A stretch of DNA of 64,000 nt, from assembly GCF_011386835.1 (NCBI RefSeq), contig NC_088813.1, positions 12,028,001 through 12,092,000 of the forward strand. Reading direction: 5' to 3'. Positions 23,557-34,594 of this stretch are shown here, piece after piece. The notes under the pieces were generated by a model. That model searched no databases, was not told the origin of the DNA, and saw only the letters and a list, made by a program, of their open reading frames with translations. Source of the DNA: Chrysemys picta bellii. Its lineage: Eukaryota. How positions within the stretch are numbered: position 1 is the first letter of the stretch; each line of letters starts with the position of its first letter. The position numbers were made by a program, and so were the translations under genes.

Positions 23557-25525
23557 CCCAGATCATAGTGCCTCACAATCTTTAATGTATTTAGCCTCAC
23601 AATTCCCACGTGAGGCAGAATTTGAGCAGGGACTTGAAGTCAGGTCTCTCAAGGGCTGAGCTAGTGCCCTAACCACTGCACCACGCTTCCTCTCTACCCT
23701 CACTTTGTGCTGACAAGGTAGGAATCCCCATATGTTATTGTATCTGGTACTTTGCTACGCGGTGGTAGCAGAGCTGTGGCAGGACAGAGAGTGCTTCGAT
23801 GCCTTGCCAGAATAAACCATGATAGGGACAGGAGCAAGACTTCCAAAATGCCTGACGTGAGGCCCCGCCGGTATCCACGTGGGATGACGAGCAGCAGCCT
23901 GATTGTTAGAGGTGCTGCCCGCTTGCGTTTCCTGTTCGACTGAGTGGGAGCTGCAAGTGCTCTGAACCTGGGGCCAGAATTCAAATCTGTTGCCTCCTGC
24001 AGTGAATGTGTCCAGGCCTCTGCTGCCACCTAGGATTTTGTACACACAAGGCCTGAGCCTGGTTGACATCTGAAGGTGACCAAAACTCACATTTTAGGTG
24101 CTAAGGATTTTCAAAATAAAATGTTGGGGTCTCCAGCAAACAGAAAGCCTCTTGCCTATTAAGGTGAGCTGTTGTCTGTGAGAAAGAGCAACGTGTCACC
24201 AACTGAGTCACGGTGACTGAGGAGGTGAATGAAAACCAGGAGGGAGGATCACGTTATCTAGTCACAGATTTCATACCGTTCACAGAACAGGAAAGATCTC
24301 TTTGTGGGGAAGGGCAGGAAATGGAAGAGGAAATGGCCCTGAGGGGTGTTAAACTTCCTTATGCCTTAAAAACGCAAGGAGATGGCAATGAATAAGTCCT
24401 CTGCTGGCTGAAAGCAAGGCCCCACCATGCTAGTTCAGGAAGGATGTGAAGATTTCACCCCCCTGGCTTGTGATCTGTGCTCTCTCTATCATTTGCCCCA
24501 AGAACTGGGCCTGTTTCCAGGCAGCTTCTGAAGATGATACGCAGCCAGTGAAGCTACTGGTGCAGAAAGTGTCCAGGTGCCAAGTCAAGGATGTGGAATC
24601 CGCGGCAGCAGGCATGACTAGCGTGAACACGGCTGTGAAGTGTAAGGGAGGCATGTTTGTCAGAGGCAGCAGTGGATTCAGAGAGCAGCTTCTCCACTCA
24701 CTCACACCCGTGTGCCTGTAAGAGCCCCCACCAGGGATTGAACCCGGAATCTCTCTTGAGCTAAAGCGCTACAGTCTGCCGCACATTCATAAAGGGGGAC
24801 CTTTAACACACACTCACCAGTGACTTACATACCCCCCTTGATGTCAGTGGCTTACTCCTGATTTACACTAGTGTAAGCGAGAGGAGAATCAGCGAATGTA
24901 TGTGGTCTCAACCCAAGAACCCAGCAGGGACTCCGTGCAGTGTGTAAACGCCCCTTGGCTGGCCACAACTGCATCAGAAGGTCCTTAGCAGGGTGACCGG
25001 GGTTCAAGCTGGATTGGGGTTGGCTGAGCTGCGTGGGGGAGCCTGCTTAGCATCCTCTGCCTCCGTGCTCCCTACGGACAGGGGACAGACTTCTAAAGGC
25101 CCATCACTTGGCTGCTCTATCCAAAGCAAAGTCAACAGTGTGGTTCCCGGAGTCCGGCCAGGCTGAGCGGGAAAGCTCATGAATAGAGAAAGTTCTCCCG
25201 CGTTTGCTGACACGTCAGGTTTCCAGGCGGAGAGTTTTGGTCTAGGCCCTTTCTCTACAAGCAATATCTCAAACCCTAACCACCGCTAAGAGCCCTTTGC
25301 TTCCACGTGCACTGAAATTCACCCCTCATGGCAGCACGCTCATCCTCAGTACACTAAGGACATTATTCCAGACTGGCTCACCCTTGGGGAAATATTAATT
25401 CTGTAACTCTGCCAAGGTGAGTGCCCGCCTGGATCGGCAGCTGGGCAAATGAAACGAGGGGAAATGACCACTGCCAGGTGAACTGGAAACCAGGGGACAG
25501 GCCAGACTAACGAACTGTCGATTAC

Positions 25526-25605
25526 CTCTTAGCGCCATCGGCAGGGTAACCCTCGGAACACGGCTGGTCCGGCTGGGATTTGAGGATATCACCGAAGAGC
25601 AGTGA
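25526..25605 (-). CDS. GRHL3: GRHL3 exon 5 (80 nt)
   Basis: ttccctacag|TCA CTG CTC TTC GGT GAT ATC CTC AAA ... AAG AG|gtaatc; SLLFGDILKSQPDQPCSEGYPADGAK, resembles human SMLFPDILK; phases fit both neighbours. Confidence 0.9.
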
Positions 25606-26569
25606 CTGTAGGGAAAATGAAAGCAGGATAAATGAAAGTGGAATTTTTTCCCACTTCCCCCCTGCTGCACCGGTGATTAATAATAGCAGCTACAAACATT
25701 ACAAGCAGCCAATTCTGGAGTCCGAAGGCTTGATCCATCTCCCAAAGTCAATGCAAAGACTATTCATTCAATGGGAGTTGGATGAAGTCTCTAATGCAAA
25801 GTCTCTACCTCCAGTAGGTAAGGACTGCATGATCAGGCCCAAAATTAGAGACACTGCATTGAAATTCACCTCTCAGGTGGGGACATTTTCCAATTGAGGC
25901 AAACCAGGATGGCTCTAACTAGCCCACAGTTAGTGTTTTTCCTGGAGAGCAGGGCATGACTAGTCGTGGTGTGTCAGCCACAGAGAGTGGGACTCTTTCC
26001 GAATTTTCTGGTCAAATCCTGAGCCATCGCGAGTCACATGCTACTGACGACGGGTCAGGGCCAACTTCAGCAGAGATGCAAATGATGGTGTATGAAACAC
26101 AAGGGGAAGTTGCTAAGGAGATGGGTGTGAGCGCTTACGCAATGCAGTGTTCTCTCATCAGGCCTTCCATGCACAGTGAGTAACGTACACACCCCAGGGC
26201 GGAAGGGTGTAGCAGGGCAAACAGGCAGGTGGAAGGTTAAGAAGCCCCTTCACCCTTTCTTCTTATCACACCCACCTGGATGTTGCGCCACACCCCTCAG
26301 TGTGTCAATCACACTTGTTTCATACACCCCTCGCACGCCAACGCTGTGCAAATCACACTCCCGGATATACCAGGCGTGTCACTTACTCCACCGGTTAAGT
26401 CACTGCTGCATTTGACCCAAAGACTCCGATGGGATCTGTACCCACTTACACCAGGTCTGAATTTGCCCCTGGGTCTAAACTGGAGTCACATCCCACCAGA
26501 CTGCAAGGGATTTGTTCCATGTGGATGCATTTTGCAGCAGGAGGCGCAGTTTCACTCATTGGCAGCTGC

Positions 26570-26885
26570 CTAGGTGATGATGATAAGCGTCTCAACAGCA
26601 GATCTCAAAGGGCTTTACAAAGGAGGACAGTATCCCCATTTTACAGATGGGGAAACTGAGGCACAGAGCGGTGAAGGTCACCCTAGAGGTGCTGGAGGTG
26701 CAGCAGCACCCCCTGGCTTGAAGTGGTTTCTATCAGATACAGGGTTTAGAGATGTGTTCAATTGCTTTCAGCACCCCCACTGTATCAATGCCACTGGGTC
26801 ACCCAAAAGGCCAGTAGCACAGCCAGGACTAGAACCCAGTCTCCTGAGTCCCATTCTGGTACGCTAGCCACTAGACCACACTGCC
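26570..26885 (-). mobile_element. MIR/CORE-SINE-like element interrupted by a MITE fragment (about 26684-26790)
   Basis: cagatggggaaactgaggcacagagcggtgaaggtcacc ... ctagaacccagtctcctgagtccc. Confidence 0.65.
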
Positions 26886-26901
26886 CACAACAGCTCCTGA
26901 C

Positions 26902-27238
26902 CTCCTGCGGATCGTCTTTGAAAGTGCTGTCCGGCTGCCACCTCTGCTGTTGTGGCACCACATGAATGGTCTCGAAGAGGGAGCTCAGCGAGCCGTTGTC
27001 GTACACGTCCCCCGAGGCGATGGCGTAGTTTTCGGGGGAGGGCTCCAGCTTGCTGGTGCTGGGGAGGAGGATGGCTGGCTTGAGGGGCGCGGGGACACCC
27101 TCTAGACTCAAGCCATTTTTCTTGGGCAGGTCGGAATATTCTTGGGTCCCGGAAACGTTTTCAGCCAGGAGCTTCATGAGGTGGGCAGAGCCCTCGAAGG
27201 ATGAGATCTCGGGGTCGTACTCCATTCCGTGACAGTTC
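26902..27238 (-). CDS. GRHL3: GRHL3 exon 4 (337 nt)
   Basis: ccctag|G AAC TGT CAC GGA ATG ... CAG GAG|gtcagg; NCHGMEY...[14 protein letters not shown]...[14 protein letters not shown] (inside ORF 26785..27258). Confidence 0.96.
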
Positions 27239-27639
27239 CTAGGGAAAGGAGATCCCATCAGAAACAGGGGCGGGAGTCACTGAGCCATGGGCTTGCGGAG
27301 CTAGGCAAGGCAACCCTAGACCCGAGATGAAGAAGCAAGCTGTATATTGGGGGGTAGCAGACACCAGGAATCCCAGTACAACCAGCCCATAGAGCCGTAA
27401 AACAAGGGACCCCCGGCCTCATCTCTTTGCCTGTAGCTGCAATCCGGCAAGGTGCAGAGTCCCCCCTCAATTCCCAATGGCATCAACGGACGCTGGGGGT
27501 GCTCAGCCCCTCGCCGGATCACAGAGGTTCATAGGAAGTCAGAAGATGAGCTTTTAGCAGCAATAGCTGTGCTTAGAGACAGGCCTGGGTTTTAGATCAG
27601 CTCATCTCTGCTTGGGACATTAAATATTGACAACAGTGC

Positions 27640-27900
27640 AGCATGGCCAACCCCAAGCATTCAGAAATCGTGAGTCAGCCCTCCCACCCCTAAAATCACG
27701 AGAATGGCTTAAAAATCGTGAGATTTTTTTAAATGGTGGTTTTATTTGATTTCTGGGTTTTGAGCCTTTAGGGTTTGCATATTCAGGCGCTTCTCTGCAA
27801 AACACCAGGGCTGGAAACTTACTTAATGTTTTAAAAAGAAAGCTGAGGTTCTCATACATATTCACATGACTCCAGGAGCCAGTGCTTTGAGAAATGCCCC
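27640..27900 (+). mobile_element. Older DNA-transposon-like repeat
   Basis: ccaaccccaagcattcagaaatcgtgag...; homologous copies at about 39691-39990 (+) and 51695-51915 (-). Confidence 0.6.
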
Positions 27901-28724
27901 CAGCATGGTGAGACTTGGGATAAAATCATGTTGAGCTGGCAACACTGAAGTGAGATAGATAGGGGCAAACTTCAAAGCAGGTGCAAGAGGGACAGAGCTT
28001 GGGGATAAAACAAAGCTGAAGACTCCATAGTGCCATTGGGCCAAAAATATGATTATTTTTTTCTTGAAGAATAAAATGCCACTATCCTAGGCTACCTAGC
28101 AAAAAGCACTTCTACCAGACAGAATCCTGTCCCGCTCTGGGCCGCAGTCTGATATTGCCAGGTCTGCAGCCCCGGCCTAGCTGGTGGTGATAAATTATCA
28201 CCCCGTTTCTGTTTCCATACCGAGAAGAACAAACACCCCCCCATGCTAGCAACCCATGCTCCTCTTGGCAGCCCCAGCTGTTCCCAAGGAAGCGAAGGAG
28301 AAGCAGCAGCTCCCATCCTCCTTGCTTCCCGAGCTTCTATTTCAGGGATCCATGGAACACACAATGGCTCCTCACACCTGTGTTGAGTATGTCAGTGCTC
28401 AGAGAACCAGTAAACGTCCCTGAAAATTAACTCTTCCCCTACCTCCTCTGCTAGCGAGGGGAGGGGAGTGTCACCCCTTTGCAACAGGTCAGCAGGGAGC
28501 CGGAACCCCAGCTGGCGAGCAAATATTTAAGTAACCAACAGGTCTGAAATGCTAAAAGCAACCCAGCCAGCAAATCCACTTGGGGGCCAGATCATCAGCT
28601 ACTGCAGAATTCTTAGCTCCACTGAAGTCAAAGGTGTGGCGCCGTTTTACCGCAGCTCAGGGTCTGGCCCTGCATTAGCACATGCAGCTCTGTTGCCATT
28701 ATTAAAAACTATACGTGTACCCAG

Positions 28725-29043
28725 CAGGGCCGGCTCCAGGTTTTCTGCCGCTCCAAGCGGAAAAAAAAAAAAAAAAAAAGCCAATCGGCGGCACATTGGC
28801 AGCAGCTCAATTGCGCCGCTCCATTCTTCGGCGGCACTTCAGCAGCGAGTCCTTCACTCCCTCTCTTTCTCTTCAGCGGCACTTCGGTAGCAGCTCAAAG
28901 AGGAAAAGAGAGACTGAGGGACCCGCCGACCAATTCCCGCCGAAGACCCGGACGTGCTGCCCCACTAACGGATGGAGTGCTGCCCCTTTGTATTGGCCGC
29001 CCCAAGCACCTGCTTCCTTCGCTGGCGCCTGGAGCCAGCCCTG
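28725..29043. mobile_element. hAT-type MITE (CAGGGCCGGC terminus)
   Basis: TIRs cagggccggctccagg / cctggagccagccctg; perfect 8-bp TSD GTACCCAG (28717-28724, 29044-29051). Confidence 0.92.
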
Positions 29044-29723
29044 GTACCCAGCTCCTACAGATTGAGAGCACCTCTGAAAATAATGCACAGAGCCCATCCG
29101 CCAGGCCGGGAGAGGAGAAACGGTGCCGGGACTTAGCCGCCAGGAAGGAATAAAGTGTCATTCAACGGGCCCATTGTAGGGAAAGTGCTTCAAAAATAGT
29201 TATGCAGAGCAGATTGCCAAGGTACATAGAGTCCAGCAAGGGGCACTGACTTCCCCAAGCCTAATGGGCCATTACTGTCTCAGTGAATTCTCTGAACAGC
29301 CTGGAAGCCTAGGAGGACATCAGAGGAGAACGCTGGGCAAATTGGAAGCAGTTGAAACGGAAAACTCTTATCAAGTCAATGAGTCTGTGCTGACTCTGTG
29401 ATTCCAGCCCAGCAACATATAAATAGTCCCTGGCCCAGTGTCACAAGGAGGGACACAAAAGAACAGATCCTCGGCTGGTGTTAGTCAGCCTAGTTCCACT
29501 GACTTCAATGGGGCAGATCCCCAGCTGGTGTGAATCAGCAAAGATCTATTTACATACACCGAGGACCTGGCCGAAAGAATTTTAATGTGTGTCTCTCTGT
29601 TAATAGCCTCCACTGTTGTTAGTAATAATGCTGTGCTTTGAAGTCTGTTTTATGCAAGCTAACAGATCCATCATGCATGCCAGCGGCAGACAGACAGCTA
29701 GAGAGAGCAGGACTCGGTCTAAC

Positions 29724-29785
29724 CTTTTTCCCAGTTCATTGCGTCCCATCATACCAGGTGGAAGGATCCTCTTCTCCTTTGGCAC
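29724..29785 (-). CDS. GRHL3: GRHL3 exon 3 (62 nt)
   Basis: tttgcag|GTG CCA AAG GAG AAG AGG ATC ... AAA AG|gttaga; VPKEKRILPPGMMGRNELGK(R). Confidence 0.93.
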
Positions 29786-30157
29786 CTGCAAAAGGGCAAA
29801 GCAACGACTCCCTCACTGCCACAGATTAACACATAGAACCCAGAGGCAAAATAAACCCCATCTATAATAAGTGTAGTCTAGTGGCTAAGGCCCTACACTG
29901 GGACTCAGGTGTGTCAGGTTCGCTTCCCTCCTATCCCAAATTCTGTGTGAATTATGCCTCATTTTCCCTTCTCTACACTAAAGCAGTGCCCCACCTCCCA
30001 AGGGAGTTGTGTGGATCCAGATGTTCACAGTTGTGAGGTTCTCAGATACTCTGATAATGGGGAGCCATATGAAGTACTTAAGGGCTTTGTCTACACTAGC
30101 ACTTATAAAAAGAACAGGAGTACTTGTGGCACCTTAGAGACTAACAAATTTATTAGA

Positions 30158-30197
30158 GCATAAGCTTTCGTGGGCTACTGCCCACTTCTTCGGATGC
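30158..30197 (-). ncRNA. Minimal type-I hammerhead ribozyme motif, minus-strand copy (sense in GRHL3 pre-mRNA)
   Basis: Exact reverse complement of 30395-30434. Confidence 0.65.
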
Positions 30198-30394
30198 ATA
30201 TAGAGTGGAACATATATTGAGGAGATATATATACACACATACAGAGAGCATGAACAAACAAACAAAAACAAACAAAAATAGTTTTTTTTTCTCTTACTTA
30301 ATTGGCCTCTCAGAGTTGGTAAGACAACTCCCACCTGTTCATGCTCTCTGTATGTGTGTATATATATCTCCTCAATATATGTTCCACTCTATAT

Positions 30395-30434
30395 GCATCC
30401 GAAGAAGTGGGCAGTAGCCCACGAAAGCTTATGC
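30395..30434 (+). ncRNA. Minimal type-I hammerhead ribozyme motif, plus-strand copy
   Basis: GCAT-CCGAAGA-A-GTGGGC-AGTA-GCCCAC-GAA-AGCT-T-ATGC: stem I GCAT/ATGC, core C-C-G-A-N-G-A (U4C variant), 6-bp stem II, GAAA, palindromic stem III. Activity unknown. Confidence 0.65.
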
Positions 30435-30770
30435 TCTAATAAATTTGTTAGTCTCTAAGGTGCCACAAGTACTCCTGTTCTTTTTGCGGATACAGACTAA
30501 CACGGGTGCTACTCTGAAACTAGCACTTATGTCGTTAAAACTTTTGTCGCTCAGGGGTGTGAAAAAACAAACCGTCGCCAGGAGCCGCACTCCTAGCGAT
30601 GAAGCTACCGCCCCTCGTTGGAGGTGGTTTTATTTTGCTGCCGGGATCAAGAGCGGCTAGACAGCGCGCCGTACAATGCGCCGTTGTAAGGTGCACTGTG
30701 TAGACACAGCTTAAGAGAAATCACTGAGCACACATGCAGCCTTCCCCAGGCTGCAGAGTGACAGGCTAAC

Positions 30771-31177
30771 CATAGGCGCTGGCTCCGTGACTGCTCCAGG
30801 CCTGGAGGGAGCACCCACGGAAAAAAAAAATACGCAGCACCCACCAGCCACAGCTGTTTGGCAGTGCTGCCAATCAGCTATTTGGCAGCACCCCTGATTA
30901 GCTAATCGGGGGCAACAGCAAACAGCTGATTGGGGGCTCGGGGAGGAGTTTGGGGGATGGTGGAGAGCAGCGAGCGGCAGGCGGAGGCCTTGGGGAGGGG
31001 GCAGAACTGGGGCAGGAAGAGGTGAAGCAAAGGGTGGGGCCTAGGGGAAAGGGTGGAGCGCAGGGCAGGGCCTAGGGGAAAGGGTGGAGCGCAGGGCAGG
31101 GCATGGGAGGGGCCTTGGGGGAAGAGACGGAGTGGGGGTGGAGCACCCCCAGGGAAAACGAAATGGTGGCGCCTATG
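30771..31177. mobile_element. hAT-type MITE (CATAGGCGC termini)
   Basis: TIRs cataggcgc / gcgcctatg; perfect 8-bp TSD AGGCTAAC (30763-30770, 31178-31185); internal tandem duplication of about 30 bp at 31037-31100. Confidence 0.92.
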
Positions 31178-31216
31178 AGGCTAACTGAGGGCACACGGTG
31201 CCCACTAGGAACGTAC

Positions 31217-31403
31217 CATGTAGTAGTCATAGAGGAGGCTCAGGGCAGCCACACTGTCGTCATCTCCGTTCACCCTCATCATGGCCTTGGTGGCAGCTGT
31301 CAGGGGGTTCTCCAGGTAGCTTTTCCAGGCTTCGTCTTCATTGGTGTAGGAGAATTTCGGGAAGTTCATGCTGTCGTTCTTCAGGAAGCACACGGACCTG
31401 AAA
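31217..31403 (-). CDS. GRHL3: GRHL3 exon 2 (187 nt, N-terminal activation region)
   Basis: ctcag|T TTC AGG TCC ... TAC ATG|gtacgt; encodes [62 protein letters not shown], a Grainyhead-like signature. Confidence 0.97.
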
Positions 31404-32837
31404 CTGAGCCAGCAAGGTGGGGGTGAAGGCAAACAGTCACGGGCAGGACGTTTCCCAGCGCTCCTTTCAATGGGCACAGAGCGAACGTGGGCTGGAGTCT
31501 CAAAGGAGCCACTGAAACTCAGTGGGCGCCGGACGCCTACCTCCCCTCAGCTACTCTGGAAAGCTCATTTGCGGCTGCGTTTTGTGCAGTGTTAGGGCCA
31601 CGGCCTGTCCTGACAGGAGCTATGAAGGGGAGCCAGGCAGGTGCCTTCTGCTGCAGCCATCCTGTTGGCCACAAGCGGATGCCTCAGCCCCAGCAGGGGC
31701 AGGGCAGCACAGCGGAGCAGCCTTTGCTAACACTCTGACCGCTAGAGCACGCTGCCACCCGGCCATCCCCACCCAGGGCACATCCTATGCCTGTGCGGGG
31801 TGGCACACGGGCTGCTTCGCACTCACTTCCTTTTACTCAGTGCAAAAGGGTAACGTGACAATGCGAGCTCGTCGTTTTTCCACTTTTCACAACGCAGCAA
31901 CAGGGGTCCGCAAGGAGGAGAAATGATCCGTGGGGCGCCGCGCCACGCCGGGATGAATCCAAATCCCCCTCCTGGTTTCCTGACTTTGTAAACTTTAACG
32001 TCAGTTCTCACGTACTCTTTTTAAATCATTTTTTGACGTGATCGACAGAATTCCAGTTCCAGGGAGGAAATTCCACCGGCCAGATTGTGCTTCCCTACAT
32101 TCTGCCTCAATAGGCTCTCAGACACACAATCACCTTGCTGTGAGATACACACCTTGGGCACCTTTCCTTTCCTCTTGCAACCCATAGTATTATTCAGTAG
32201 ATCAGAGCCAAAAATGTCTAGTTGTCCCTGTGCATTCTGCTCAGCTGGGCTGTAACCACTCAGAGGGGACGGGATGAGTAGCAGACCTAGCTGGCAGCAC
32301 ATGCTGGGCCCAGTGGCATTTAACACCGCAGGATCTGTTGATCGTACCCCTGACACGCTGACAATCCACCCCTCCATCATCACCACTACAGCTGGTTGAC
32401 ATTTTTCACTTAAAACATTTTTTTGTTGACAAAAAATTGCTTTATATTTTAAAATCAAAATTCCACAGGAAATATCCATTTTCTATTAAATTGGGGGTAC
32501 GGGATTGAAAAAAAAAAACAAAAAACAACCAACCTCCTTCTCCCTACTGAGAACTGGGACATTTTTTGACTGTCGGTTTTGCAACGAAAAAGTTAGTTAA
32601 TAGGAAAATTCCGCTGGATTCTCATTCTGGGTGAAACTTCCGGGGGAAAAGACATTTCTCAACCAGCGCTAGTCACTGCTGATTTAGCCCCTCTATCGGG
32701 CCATCAGGCCTTCTGTCAATCCATAAGGAGTCCTAGGGTTTGACCTTCAGCGAGACATTGGTGGAGTCATTTTCAAACAAGTTTCCAGCTTTGTTCTCAT
32801 GCCCCATCTGCACCTGCAAGACCCACTGTTGCTTATT

Positions 32838-32967
32838 CTAATGGTTTTCAACCCTTTGTCATCTGCGGACCCATAGAAATTTCAAATGGAGGCGGGAAGT
32901 CTTGGAAGTCTTAGATATAGTTTGCGGACCCTCAGGTCTCCGCGGACCACAAGTTAAAAGCCACTGG
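32838..32967. mobile_element. MER5-like hAT MITE
   Basis: taatggttttcaacc ... gttaaaagccactg termini with repeated gcggacc subterminal motifs. Confidence 0.6.
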
Positions 32968-34594
32968 CTTATTCAAAGGGCTCTTGTGCTAGCCGAAGGG
33001 GGCCGCTACCCACTGGTGCAGGCTTCAGGAGCCCACTTTCACAGCCCTAGGGGTGACCAACCCAGCCAGACCCATAGGCACTACACAGCTCATTATTATT
33101 AACAATGGGTCCTTTCGGTTCCCTTTGGTTCTGCGATGCAGGAGATCACACAGGTGTCCTGAGAGAACTCTTCCCCCTACGGCCAGGTGCTCAATGGCTG
33201 TTTCAGAGACGGCAACCGGACCTGTGGGCCTGCATCCAAGGGCAGCATTTGGCCTGAATTAGCATTGCTGCCTTTTGCTCCATCCTGTCTGGCAGCTCAG
33301 CTCTGGGATTGCGGGAAGAACAGGATGGTTTCAGAGGCCATGTTGGCACTAACCTCCCACTGCTGCAGCTCCACCAGTGGGAGCGCTGCTGAAGATGGTA
33401 CACAGGCCTTTTCATCCTCGGGTCCAGAGCCTGAGTTGTGGGGACACTAAAGGCCCAGATCCTCAACGGTATTTAGGCCCTAATTTCTGTTGAAATCAAC
33501 GGGCGTTAGGTGCCTAAATGCCTCTGAGGACATGGGCCTAACTTTCCCCCAGTGGAGCTGCGGCTGTAACAATCTAGCGGCGCCCAGTTCCCAGAACAGC
33601 CCTAGTCAGAACCACCCTGGGAGAAGAAGCTGCCTGTGCTGCTCTTTGCTCATGTCACACTCTGGCCCCATATTTTTGCAGGCAGCCCCCACCTGCGTAT
33701 AACGGAGATGCTGCGTTTGCCCTTCACTTCCTCACCCTCGCCGGCTGGGCTGATGCTCTAACCTTGGTTTCACTCGGTACGTGAAACTGCACCAGGTGTC
33801 TGGCGAGTTTCGTTGTCTCTGGCAGTTCTCACGCAGCCTTCCCTCCCCTTCAGTGCTGCTCTGCCGGTCTCTAAGGAGAGGAGCCCGGGGTGACTCAGAT
33901 TTCACGGCTGTCGCCGGGGCTGTTCAATCCTGTCTGGGCAGGAATCCTCACCCGTTCTTAACCCAATCTGCTCAAGGAAGAACAGTCAGCAGCACAGTCA
34001 ACTCGGGGGGGTGAGACTCAATTCCGATCACTTGGGGAAAGACGAAACAGCAAGGCGCAGAGGAGGTTAGAAAAGCACCTCTGTTCAAATGAGAAATGGG
34101 TTGGAACCAGTACCCCAGATCCAAACCCTCTCACACATTGGGAAAGCATCTGGATCCAGACCCTTTGGCTCCCCTGCGCCGCCAGGAACGCCTGTGCAAA
34201 GGGATTTCACAGCAGGTGTACAATGCCACTGATTCAGAGTGGTACCATTTTTACACCTGCTTTGCATTCCAAGGAGCAAGGCAGAGGGAGAATCAGATTC
34301 CACAATCTTTGCGGCTTGTGCCCAGCTCTAGTCCACGACAGGTAAAAGTTCCAAAAATGCCTTAGGAGCCTAAGCCCCATTTTTAAAGTGATGGGTACTT
34401 AGAGGTGAAAGTCACTTTCTTTTTCTTTTCTTTTTTTAAACTTTCTATTAAGGCCAAATTACAAGAAACCGTTGACACCCCACATCGTACACTGCCTATG
34501 CAGGGTCAGGGGTTCAAAGGACCTGGCTAACGGTTCTGTCTTGCTGGCTGGGGAGTCTCTCTCTGAGCATGCTAAAAAGGGCGACTTTTGAAAA

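Larger units (their letters stand above)
30107..30520. mobile_element. Penelope-like element remnant with inverted pseudo-LTR arms
   Basis: Perfect 150-bp inverted arms 30107-30256 and 30336-30485; 10-bp TSD TAGCACTTAT (30097-30106, 30521-30530); terminus ...gctactctgaaac shared with 37428. Family assignment is from recall of turtle Penelope repeats. Confidence 0.82.
30082..30711. mobile_element. PIF/Harbinger-type MITE split by a Penelope-like insertion
   Basis: TIRs gggctttgtctacact / tgtgtagacacagct; TAA on both flanks; interior resumes at 30521. Confidence 0.85.

Noticed and set aside
31404-31477. N-terminal extension [11 protein letters not shown]... in ORF 31205..31477
   Set aside because: Intronic read-through upstream of the exon 2 acceptor; the MSNELD exon at 44582-44598 fits the phase and homology.
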